Below, one piece after another: positions 19,634-27,999 of a stretch of DNA of 64,000 nucleotides. The notes below the pieces were generated by a model, which saw nothing but the letters and a program-made list of their open reading frames with translations, was not told the DNA's origin and did no database searches. Positions within the stretch are counted from its first letter, which is position 1; each line of letters starts with the position of its first letter. A program made the position numbers and the translations under genes. This DNA comes from an uncultured bacterium (GTDB lineage: Bacteria > Bacillota > Clostridia > Christensenellales > CAG-917), in the NCBI GenBank assembly GCA_949432885.1, contig CASQXY010000008.1, positions 663-64,662 on the forward strand. The letters run 5' to 3'.

Positions 19634-19733
19634 AATTATCCTTTAAATTTTTTGTTTTAAAAGCGTTCAACTAGAATGCTTTATTGAAATCACTCGGATT
19701 AGCGCATTCGCCAGTTAAAATTCTATATCGGTT

Positions 19734-19829
19734 GCATAGCGCGAAAGACGAGCACGCGAGTCGACCGGTGTATCTTCGTACACGACGACAAGCGCGCGCA
19801 AGTCTGACAAAGCTATGCGAAAATGCGAA
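19734..19829 (-). repeat. Bulged long-hairpin element, copy 2 (2 nt after the tpiA stop)
   Basis: Same architecture with a GC-rich outer stem (GCGCGC/GCGUGC) and lower helix GUCGUC/GUCGAC. An extra closing pair GCATAGC (19734-19740) / GCTATGC (19812-19818) is present. It shares the flanks UUGUCAGA and UCUUUCGC. Confidence 0.65.
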
Positions 19830-19831
19830 TT

Positions 19832-20584
19832 TTAGTAATTGACTACGTTAGAGAAGTCAACCGCCTTCAACGAAGCTCCGCCGATAAGTCCGCCGTCGAT
19901 TTCGGGCATAGCCATAAGCTCTTTGACGTTCTTGGGATTCATGCTTCCGCCGTACTGAATACGCACTCTGTTCTCGGCGCACTTGGGGCAGTAAAGCTCC
20001 GCCATAACCTTTCTGATGATTGCGATAGTCTCGTTTGCGACCTCTGCCGTTGCGGTCTTGCCCGTGCCGATAGCCCAAACGGGTTCATATGCGATTACGA
20101 TATTGTCAAGCTCGTCCTTGTCGATACCCGCAAACGCGCCCTTGGTCTGGCGTACGAGCACTTCTTCCACCTTACCAGCTTCGCGCTCTTCGAGCGTTTC
20201 GCCTACGCAGACAATAGGTTTGAGTCCAGCCGCAAGAGCAGCCTTCGTCCTCGCGTTGACAGTCTCGTCCGTCTCAGCAAAATACTGACGGCGCTCGCTG
20301 TGTCCGATGATGACGTACTCAACGCCGAGCTCGACGAGCATCTTTGCGGATATCTCACCCGTAAACGCTCCTTTATCAGCCCAGTGCACGTTTTCCGCTC
20401 CGACCTTGATATTCGTACCCTTGGTCAATTCTACTGCCGCCGCAAGGTCGGTGTACGGCGTGCATATAACCACGTCGCACTGCGCGTCCTTAACGAGCGG
20501 AATGAGCTCGTTTACAAGAGCCTTGGTCTCTGCGATTGTATTGTTCATTTTCCAGTTTCCTGCGATGATTGCTTTTCTTGACAT
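19832..20584 (-). CDS. tpiA: Triosephosphate isomerase
   Basis: [25 protein letters not shown] motifs. 250 aa. Confidence 0.97.
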   Translation of the reverse strand: MSRKAIIAGNWKMNNTIAETKALVNELIPLVKDAQCDVVICTPYTDLAAAVELTKGTNIKVGAENVHWADKGAFTGEISAKMLVELGVEYVIIGHSERRQYFAETDETVNARTKAALAAGLKPIVCVGETLEEREAGKVEEVLVRQTKGAFAGIDKDELDNIVIAYEPVWAIGTGKTATAEVANETIAIIRKVMAELYCPKCAENRVRIQYGGSMNPKNVKELMAMPEIDGGLIGGASLKAVDFSNVVNY

Positions 20585-20645
20585 ATTTTCACCTCTGAAA
20601 ATTTTTTATTATTAACAATAGTTAACATTACTTTACTTATTGCAC

Positions 20646-21146
20646 GTCGGGGTCTCTAAATAGAATAACCCCCTTCCTCAGATGTTCCCCTATTGCGGTC
20701 TCTCACATTTAACTCCGTCAAACAGGGACGTTTGACGGAGACCCCAAGTGAGCCTCTCCGCAAGTCTTACGACGTGGGAACACAACGCGATTGGACTTTC
20801 AGTCAACAATCGCTATTCCGTCGCTACGCTTCTTACGGCGCTCGCATATACAAGCATAAAGCTCTGCTTATGCCACTCGCTCGGGAGCGAATAAACGGGA
20901 CTCACTACCTCGCTTGTACAAAGCGTCAAGCTCGGCACTCGAATGGCGCGCGCCTTGCACGCGCTGGTGCAGTCTCTTGATAAAGTGCACGGCGTATTCG
21001 ATTCTTATCAAACTTAATTGCACGGAATAATGCGATATTTGGATGAAGAGCAAGGAAGACGAGCACACGAGCCGCCAAACGTACTTGCGTACGTGACGGC
21101 GAGTGCGCACAGTCTGACAAAGCTATTCGCCAAATAGCGCGTTATT
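20646..21146 (-). repeat. Composite structured element of about 500 nt filling the pgk-tpiA spacer (hairpin module 21026-21146 plus a 380-nt module)
   Basis: The hairpin copy has a GCAA tetraloop. Its outer inverted repeat AATAATGCGATATTTGG / CCAAATAGCGCGTTATT overlaps the pgk stop. The remainder shares ordered blocks with 23281-23564 and 58081-58437. Confidence 0.7.
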
Positions 21147-22452
21147 CATTTAGACAGGCAATGCCGGGAAGGACTTTACCTTCCAAAAACTCCAACGACG
21201 CGCCGCCGCCCGTAGAAATATGAGACATCTTGTCCGCAAAGCCGAGCTGGGCGACCGCCGCCGCGCTGTCTCCGCCGCCGATGATGGTTGTTGCGTCCGT
21301 CTCCGCCATAGCCTTTGCGACAGCGATTGTGCCTTGCGCGCAGGTGGGGTTCTCAAACACGCCCATAGGTCCGTTCCATACGACGGTCTTCGCGCTCTTT
21401 ATGGCTTCGGCAAACAGCTCCTGCGTTTTTACGCCGATATCGAGTCCCATTTTATCTGCGGGAATGGACATACTCTCCACGCACTCAACCTCGATAGGAG
21501 CGTTGATTGGGTCGGGGAATGCAGGGGCGACCATAGTGTCCACAGGCAGATAGATAGTCTTGCCGAGGGACTTTGCCTTTTCAAGCATGCTCTTGCAGTA
21601 TTCAACCTTCTCCTCGTCGACCAAGGAAGTGCCTATTGTACCGCCCTGCGCCTTGATGAAGGTATACGCCATACCGCCGCCGATGATAAGAGTGTCGCAC
21701 TTCCCGAGCAGATTGTCGATAACGTTGAGCTTATCGGCAACCTTAGCGCCGCCGAGAATAGCGACGAAAGGACGTACGGGATTTTCAACGGCATTGCCGA
21801 GGAATTTCAATTCCTTTTCGATAAGGAAGCCGCTGACCGCGGTCTTTGCAAAGCCGTACTGAACGATGCCCGCCGTCGTCGCATGCGCGCGGTGCGCCGT
21901 GCCGAACGCGTCGTTGACGTACACATCGCAGAAATCCGCAAGCTGTCGGCAAAGCTCCTCGCTGTTCTTCTCCTCGCCTGCATAGAAACGGGTGTTTTCA
22001 AGCAACACGATTTCCCCTTCCTTCATAGCCGCGACCTTTGTATGCGCGTCCTCTCCTACGAGGTCGCAAGCAAACTTGACTCTGCCGGGGAAGAGCTCCG
22101 CAAGTCTGTCCGCAACGGGTTTGAGCGTAAATTTCTTTTGGTCGTTTTTCAATGCCTTTGCGATATACTCCGCCTTCGCCGCCTCTCTCTCGTTTTCGGG
22201 AAGAGCCTCAACCGCCTTTTTCTCCTTCTTATTGAGTCCGAAGCCCTCGGTGAAAATATTGTGCGGCTTACCCATATGCGAGCACAGTATCACCTTCGCG
22301 CCGTGATTTACGAGATACGTGATAGTGGGAAGCGCGCCGTTGATACGGTTCTCATCGGTGATAACGCCGTCCACCATAGGAACGTTGAAATCGCATCTGC
22401 ACAGGCATTTTTTGCCCTGTACGTCAATGTCGCGGATTGTCAGTTTTGCCAT
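21142..22452 (-). CDS. pgk: Phosphoglycerate kinase (436 aa, with an insertion of about 40 aa)
   Basis: [18 protein letters not shown] motifs. There is extra charged sequence at about aa 65-106. Confidence 0.97.
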   Translation of the reverse strand: MAKLTIRDIDVQGKKCLCRCDFNVPMVDGVITDENRINGALPTITYLVNHGAKVILCSHMGKPHNIFTEGFGLNKKEKKAVEALPENEREAAKAEYIAKALKNDQKKFTLKPVADRLAELFPGRVKFACDLVGEDAHTKVAAMKEGEIVLLENTRFYAGEEKNSEELCRQLADFCDVYVNDAFGTAHRAHATTAGIVQYGFAKTAVSGFLIEKELKFLGNAVENPVRPFVAILGGAKVADKLNVIDNLLGKCDTLIIGGGMAYTFIKAQGGTIGTSLVDEEKVEYCKSMLEKAKSLGKTIYLPVDTMVAPAFPDPINAPIEVECVESMSIPADKMGLDIGVKTQELFAEAIKSAKTVVWNGPMGVFENPTCAQGTIAVAKAMAETDATTIIGGGDSAAAVAQLGFADKMSHISTGGGASLEFLEGKVLPGIACLNE

Positions 22453-22752
22453 AAGATTATCTCCTTACAGAAATTATTTTTAGCTTCATGCGCACGCGTG
22501 AGCACGCAGATATAAACAATATAACACATTAGAAAATAATTATCAATAATTCCGTCCAAATTTTGGCAAACAAACAAAAATGGAAGTCTGCAATTCAGAT
22601 TTCCCGTACGATTCGACGTTACAAAACAATAAATAAATTAAAAACTATTCCGTACTATTGCAAATCTTATCGAATCAAACATAATTGCAAAATCGACAAA
22701 AAGCCAAGTTCATTTGTCAAATTTTGCATATAAAATGCCATTTCGGCTATAT

Positions 22753-23238
22753 TCAATACTTCGTCAGGCGTCCCTGCTCCAAAAGGTTCGCGCCGCCAGT
22801 CTGGCGTATCGCCTCGTATACGACTATCGCCACGGAGTTGGAAAGGTTGAGGCTTCTCGCCTCGGATATCATAGGTATGCGTATCGCTCTGTCATAGTTG
22901 TCGCGCAGAAGTTCTTCGGGCAGCCCCTTTGTCTCCTTGCCGAACACGAGATAGTCTCCCTCGCGGAAATCCGCGCCGTCATATCTCTTTGCTCCTTTTG
23001 TCGTCAGATACCAAAACCGACCGTCTGCGTTTTTTTCAAAAAATTCGTCGAGATTTTCATACACAATGAAGTCCGTAAGGTGCCAGTAATCCAATCCCGC
23101 GCGCTTCAACGCCCTGTCGCTTATGTCAAATCCGAGCGGCTTGACAAGGTGGACCTTGCTTCCCGTCGCCGCCGCGGTGCGCACTATGTTACCTGTGTTC
23201 TGCGGTATTTCAGGTTCGACTAAAACTATATTAAACAT
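22753..23238 (-). CDS. trmL: tRNA (cytidine/uridine-2'-O-)-methyltransferase TrmL (SpoU family)
   Basis: 161 aa. LVEPEIPQNTGNIVRTAAATG and the SPOUT knot C-terminus (LNLSNSVAIVVYEA). Confidence 0.9.
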   Translation of the reverse strand: MFNIVLVEPEIPQNTGNIVRTAAATGSKVHLVKPLGFDISDRALKRAGLDYWHLTDFIVYENLDEFFEKNADGRFWYLTTKGAKRYDGADFREGDYLVFGKETKGLPEELLRDNYDRAIRIPMISEARSLNLSNSVAIVVYEAIRQTGGANLLEQGRLTKY

Positions 23239-23280
23239 ATTCTTTTCCTTTACAAAAACTGCTAGTTTTATACTTTAATT

Positions 23281-23564
23281 GAAAAGCCCCCTCTTTCCCT
23301 TCGGGCTTTTCTCCCACCACTCGAATTAGGAACGTACACTATTTAACGTTCCGTCGCTCGCGGAGGGAGACACTCGGCGCTCGCATATACAAGCTTAGAA
23401 CACTGTTTATATCACTCGTTCGCGGACTTAAACAACAATGTCCGCTCACTTGTACGGAACGTCAAGCTCGGCACTCAGGTAGGCGCGCGCCCTGCACGCG
23501 CTATGCAGCTCCTTGAACGACGACTCGTCGTATTCACACTCGTTCAAGCCGATGAGATTATATA
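23281..23564 (-). repeat. Structured element, 284-nt module only (begins immediately after the dus stop at 23565-23567)
   Basis: It shares blocks and hairpins with 20646-21025 and 58081-58437. The terminal stem is GAAAAGCCC/GGGCTTTTC (23281-23311). The 8-bp hairpin lies at 23483-23501. There are four CGAGUG motifs on the minus strand. Confidence 0.65.
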
Positions 23565-24491
23565 TCAATCGTGTAAAAATTGCTCTATTATCCTTAAAAC
23601 ATCTGAGATACTCTTTGCTTCGCCGACGGCTACGCGCACGGCTTTGGCATGGTCCGAGCCTTTGGCGTAGTGGCAAAGCTGCAACTTCATTACGTTTGCA
23701 ATCACTCTGTCGGGCATATAACTGCGCAGAATTTGTATATGCTCTCTTGCCGTCTCCGCTCTGTCGAATTCAAAGGGCTTGTCCGCAAGCTCCGCGAAAA
23801 TGTAAGGTCTGCCCAGCGCGCCGCGGCCTATCATAAATCCGTCCGCGCCCGACTCCTCTCTGACCCTTTCGAGACTTTTTCTATCCGTTATATCGCCGCT
23901 GGCAATAACAGGTATGGAAACCGCCTCTTTGACCTCGCGCGTAATCGAGTGATCGGCGGCTCCGCTGTAAAACTGCGTCCTGTATCTTGGATGTACGGTG
24001 ACCGCCGCCGCGCCGCTTTTTTCCGCGGCGAGAGCGCATTGAACGGCAAGCGGCTTACCCTCCTCGATGCCCGCTCTCATCTTTACGGTCACTGGCTTGC
24101 CCGACCCCTCGCGCGCCGCATGCACAAGCTCTGCGAGCAGAACTGTATCCGTCATAAGCGCGCTTCCGTCTCCGTTGCCGAAAATCTTCTTGACAGGGCA
24201 GCCCGCGTTTATATCGATTACGTCGAATTTTTGAAGCCTTTCGTCCTTTGCGGCCCTGTACATAAATTCGGGCTCGTGTCCGAACAGCTGTACCGCGCAG
24301 GGGCTGTCGAGAGAAGCCAAAAGCTCGTTATTCTCTCTGCCGTTATAGATTATCCCCTTTGCGCTTATAAGCTCCGTATAAGTAAGCCCCGCGCCGTAAC
24401 GCGAACATAAATGCCTCATCGCAACGTCGGAAAAACCCGCAATCGGAGCAAAGAGCAAATCGCTTTCAAGCTGTACGTTTGCTATATGCAT
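23565..24491 (-). CDS. dus: tRNA-dihydrouridine synthase
   Basis: TIM-barrel Dus motifs (LAPIAGFSD, DINAGCPVKK, VTVKMR). Confidence 0.92.
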   Translation of the reverse strand: MHIANVQLESDLLFAPIAGFSDVAMRHLCSRYGAGLTYTELISAKGIIYNGRENNELLASLDSPCAVQLFGHEPEFMYRAAKDERLQKFDVIDINAGCPVKKIFGNGDGSALMTDTVLLAELVHAAREGSGKPVTVKMRAGIEEGKPLAVQCALAAEKSGAAAVTVHPRYRTQFYSGAADHSITREVKEAVSIPVIASGDITDRKSLERVREESGADGFMIGRGALGRPYIFAELADKPFEFDRAETAREHIQILRSYMPDRVIANVMKLQLCHYAKGSDHAKAVRVAVGEAKSISDVLRIIEQFLHD

Positions 24492-24498
24492 GACTCTT

Positions 24499-25551
24499 TT
24501 ATCCTTTTTGCTCGTCTGCTTTTACCTTGTTCCAAAACACGTCGAGTTCTTCGAGCGTATAATCCTTCATTTCCTTACCCGTCTCGGCAGCCAGTCTTTC
24601 CACGCCCTCGAAGCGGCGCAGGAATTTGAGGCTCGCCTCATGCAAAGCCATCTCGGTTTCCACGCCGTACAGCCGCACGGCGTTGACGGCGGCAAAGAGC
24701 AAATCCCCCGCTTCTTCCGTCCTATGCGCGCCGTCGGCGGATTTGAGCTCCTCTATTTCCTCGTTCAGCTTATCTATCGCACCGTCGGGAGTCTGCCAGT
24801 CAAAGCCCGCTTTCTTGGCAATCTTCTGAACCTTTTCGGCATACAGCAACGCGGGAAGGTTTTTAGGCACCCTGTCCATAGCGTCGGAGTTAGACTTATA
24901 CTTCTTCTCCTTCTTTTTGGCTTCCGTCCAGAATTTCAAAGCCTCCTCGGGATTGCTTGCGTGATTCTCGCCGAATATATGCGTATGCCTGTCTATCAGC
25001 TTGCGGCAGAGGTTTGTCAGCATATCGCAGTAGCCGAACTCGCCCTCATTTTGTGCAATCTCCGTATGGAAAACAGCCTGCATAAGCACGTCGCCGCATT
25101 CCTCTTTCATCATCTCGGCGTCCTTGCAATCGATAGCTTCCACCAGTTCGTATGCCTCCTCAATTAGGTTTATACGTATACTGTCGTGCGTCTGCGCCCT
25201 ATCCCATTCGCAGCCGTCGTCGGCGCGCAATCTCTTCATAATCTGTACGAAATCGGAAAAATCAAAGCGCTTACATTCCGTCACCTTACACCCGTCGATA
25301 ACAATCGTATCCGCGTCGCAACCGACGTCAAGCGCAGACACTCTCGTTTGTTTTTCACTTCCGTCTGAAAACTCGCAGACGATATCTACGTCTCCGTAAC
25401 GGTCGAGCAGTTTTTCCCGAACCGCTCGGATACAAGAATCGTTCAAGCCGTCGACGACAAGCGCGATACGCTTATCGAAAAAAACCGTGGACAAAAAATC
25501 CGCGGCTATGTAGCGCTGATAGGAACCTTTCAAAACTCCGTCAAGTTTCAT
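24499..25551 (-). CDS. mazG: MazG-family nucleoside triphosphate pyrophosphohydrolase (YabN-like, short N-terminal domain)
   Basis: Tandem MazG EEXXE helices (LIEEAYELVEAI, EEAGDLLFAAVN). Its position after the yabM-like flippase matches Bacillus yabN synteny. Confidence 0.85.
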   Translation of the reverse strand: MKLDGVLKGSYQRYIAADFLSTVFFDKRIALVVDGLNDSCIRAVREKLLDRYGDVDIVCEFSDGSEKQTRVSALDVGCDADTIVIDGCKVTECKRFDFSDFVQIMKRLRADDGCEWDRAQTHDSIRINLIEEAYELVEAIDCKDAEMMKEECGDVLMQAVFHTEIAQNEGEFGYCDMLTNLCRKLIDRHTHIFGENHASNPEEALKFWTEAKKKEKKYKSNSDAMDRVPKNLPALLYAEKVQKIAKKAGFDWQTPDGAIDKLNEEIEELKSADGAHRTEEAGDLLFAAVNAVRLYGVETEMALHEASLKFLRRFEGVERLAAETGKEMKDYTLEELDVFWNKVKADEQKG

Positions 25552-27148
25552 CGCTGTACTCCCAAAATCTAACGACCCTGTGGATAGCCCGAAGCATGCG
25601 GCGCATTGGCAGAAACTCGATTTCCTCCTTCCCGACTATGCCGAAGAGGAATGCAAGCCAAACGTAGACAGTCGCGCATACGGCAAATCCCAAAACCGTT
25701 GCAAGTATATCGTTTCTCACGGCGCTGCTTATTCCGAGCCCCGCAAGAGCCATTATAACACCGCTGAGCAGATTTAGACCAACGTTTTTTTCAAGTCGCA
25801 GACCGCATATTTTAAAATAAGCTATATTCACTCCGATAAACGCTACTGCCGCCATGGCAAACGACGCGACGGCGCCTCCCAAAATACCGATATACCGCAC
25901 GAGCACAACACTAAGCACTATCTTCGTTATTATAGCAATAAACAAACTTAACACTGCATATTTAGTCTTGTCAAGTGCCTGTAAGAGCGAAACATATATT
26001 TGCATTGCAGAAAGCAAAACTACGTTTGCGGCTACGATACGCAACAAATTTACAGATACGGAAAGCTGTGCCGCGGTCAGTGCTGGATATATAACGGGCA
26101 GGAGCCGCGGCGCAAATACCATAAAGAAAAACGCGCACGGTACGCCGATAAGATAGGACAGCTTTATGGAAAGCCTGCTTTTGAGCATAACTCCGTCTAT
26201 GTCCCTCTGCACCCTAGACACCGATACGGACGGCACGACTACAACCGCAAGCGACATGATAATCACGACGGGCATATTTACTAAGGAATTGACTGGACCC
26301 GACAGCAAACCGTACTGCGCGGTCGCCACATCCTGCGCAACCCCCGCGCCCTTTAATACGTTGACAAGAATTATACTGTCCAAAAAATTTGAAAGCGGCA
26401 TAAGCACCGCGACTATCGCAATAGGGAACGCCACCCTAAACATCGTGCGCGCGTCGTCTCGGCTGACGTGAAGTCTTTCGGCTTTCAGCTTCCTTCCGCG
26501 CACTAGATAGGTTACAAAAAGATATGAGAGCGCGCACGCCTCCGATATCGCAATTCCAAGCAGCGCTCCGTTCACCGCCGCAGTTACTCCTCTGCTTATA
26601 AAAGCGGCTGACAGACCTATTCCGACCGCGAGCTTTACAACCTGCTCGATTATATTCGACAGCGCTGTGGGCAGCATATACATTTCGCCCTGAAACCAGC
26701 CTCTGAACCCTGCAATCAGACTTACCAGGATTATCGTAGGCGCAATTATCATAAATCCCGAAGCAGTCTCGGCGTTACCCTGCCACCGCGCGATTTCGCC
26801 CGACAGCGCAAACGTCAGGATTGCCAGCACCGTGCCGAGGGTCGCAAGTACGATAATCGCAGATACAAGGTACTTTCTCGCAGGCTTGCCCTCTGCCCTC
26901 TTTTCCGCCACCATACGGGAAAGCGCAGTGGGAATGCCCGCGGTCGCAAGCACCATAAAAAGCGCGAAGACCGGAAATACAAGCTGATACATACCCATGC
27001 CTTCCGCGCCCAGAATATTGGTGAGAGGCACGCGGTAAAGCGCGCCCAGCACCTTTGCCGCCACGCTTCCGATTGCGAGCACCGCCGCACCCGACAGCAT
27101 TCGCCCTTTATTGTTTTTCATCGCCGCGCGCCTGCTCTTGTCGGACAT
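25541..27148 (-). CDS. MOP-superfamily flippase (YabM/SpoVB/MurJ-like polysaccharide biosynthesis protein)
   Basis: 535 aa, about 14 TM segments. The N-terminus KVLGALYRVPLTNILGAEGMGMYQ is typical. It lies immediately after spoVT. Confidence 0.85.
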   Translation of the reverse strand: MSDKSRRAAMKNNKGRMLSGAAVLAIGSVAAKVLGALYRVPLTNILGAEGMGMYQLVFPVFALFMVLATAGIPTALSRMVAEKRAEGKPARKYLVSAIIVLATLGTVLAILTFALSGEIARWQGNAETASGFMIIAPTIILVSLIAGFRGWFQGEMYMLPTALSNIIEQVVKLAVGIGLSAAFISRGVTAAVNGALLGIAISEACALSYLFVTYLVRGRKLKAERLHVSRDDARTMFRVAFPIAIVAVLMPLSNFLDSIILVNVLKGAGVAQDVATAQYGLLSGPVNSLVNMPVVIIMSLAVVVVPSVSVSRVQRDIDGVMLKSRLSIKLSYLIGVPCAFFFMVFAPRLLPVIYPALTAAQLSVSVNLLRIVAANVVLLSAMQIYVSLLQALDKTKYAVLSLFIAIITKIVLSVVLVRYIGILGGAVASFAMAAVAFIGVNIAYFKICGLRLEKNVGLNLLSGVIMALAGLGISSAVRNDILATVLGFAVCATVYVWLAFLFGIVGKEEIEFLPMRRMLRAIHRVVRFWEYSDET

Positions 27149-27149
27149 A

Positions 27150-27677
27150 TCACATCAAAGCCGCGGATATAAGCTCCACGCAGAAATTGAGATACGCTCG
27201 CGCAACGTCGGTCGGCGCGCCGTCAAGCAAGAGCGCAGCTCCGCCTATAAGGTCTCCGCCCACGATAACAGGTTCGAGCACACAATGCGAGCATCCCGCG
27301 TCCCTGTCCGCAAAAATGCCCTTTACGTCGTTTCCGCTGAGCTCCTCGCACTTTCTCGACCGTACTCTGTTCATAAACTCTTCGCTGAGAGGCGCGGATT
27401 GGAAATGCTTTTTGTTCTTACCCTCCGCAACGGTGACTTCGGTCGTATTTACGAAAAGAACGTTTGAATCCGTAGCCTTTGCAAGCAGTTTGGCGGCGGA
27501 GCGTATGATAGGCAATACGCTCTCGAAGCTGCTGTATTTGCGCAGCGTAAGTGCGTCGCCGCTAGACAGTATTTCCATTTCGTCGCCCTCTTTTAGGTGC
27601 ATTGTGCGGCGCATTTCTTTGGGGATTACAATACGTCCCAATTCATCGATTCTTCTGACAATTCCTGCTGTGGTCAT
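27150..27677 (-). CDS. spoVT: Stage V sporulation protein T (AbrB-family regulator)
   Basis: GIVRRIDELGRIVIPKEMRRTMHLKEGD swapped-hairpin domain plus a GAF-like C-terminus. Start at ATG 27677 (RBS GGAGGAATT). Confidence 0.9.
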   Translation of the reverse strand: MTTAGIVRRIDELGRIVIPKEMRRTMHLKEGDEMEILSSGDALTLRKYSSFESVLPIIRSAAKLLAKATDSNVLFVNTTEVTVAEGKNKKHFQSAPLSEEFMNRVRSRKCEELSGNDVKGIFADRDAGCSHCVLEPVIVGGDLIGGAALLLDGAPTDVARAYLNFCVELISAALM

Positions 27678-27943
27678 AATTCCTCCGATTTGCACTTAGT
27701 ATTTTTCAAAAGATTAAGGAATATTCCATACAATCGACCACTTTTATGAATTGACATAATCCTCGGCGAATGATACTTACTTTAACGGCGCTGCTGCGCA
27801 ATGAAAAATATAAACAAGGCGTTGGGCGGCGTCCTCAGCGGCAGTTGGAATTTCGGCACTCGGGAATAAAATTCTCTGCCCGGACAAAGATTTGACAAAA
27901 CAATTCTGAATATTCAAGGTCAAGACCTTCCTTTGCTCCGGCA

Positions 27944-27977
27944 TAAAAAAGTCAAGCGCTCGGCTTGACTTTTTGTT
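27944..27977 (-). terminator. Rho-independent (bidirectional) terminator after the PI-PLC-like gene
   Basis: AAGTCAAGC-GCTCG-GCTTGACTT is flanked by A7 on one side and T5 on the other. Confidence 0.75.
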
Positions 27978-27999
27978 TTGTTTCAAATCTTTATTTTTG

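Noticed and set aside
20780-20800. A GAAAGUCC string (minus strand) in the pgk-tpiA element, reminiscent of the RNase P CR-I region.
   Set aside because: It is an isolated 8-mer. None of the other RNase P conserved regions or helices are present, and the element is multi-copy.
20868-21120. ORFs inside the repeated elements (20868-21110, 20926-21120, 23446-23676, 17855-18043, 58436-58657) that give similar peptides, for example SEAFLLAV(M/T)YVSTLGGSQKCLFR and ..SAELD...
   Set aside because: The peptide similarity only reflects nucleotide similarity. The copies differ by indels that are not multiples of three (for example a 5-nt CCGAG duplication and 2-nt length differences). Substitutions are paired across stems rather than concentrated at third codon positions. 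The ORFs lack RBSs.
21026-21146. The idea that the stop-codon-adjacent imperfect hairpins are integron attC sites.
   Set aside because: The flanking genes are core glycolysis and rex genes, not cassettes. No intI or attI is present. There are no terminal GTTRRRY / RYYYAAC cores at the hairpin ends. The wobble pattern points to RNA rather than single-stranded DNA recognition.
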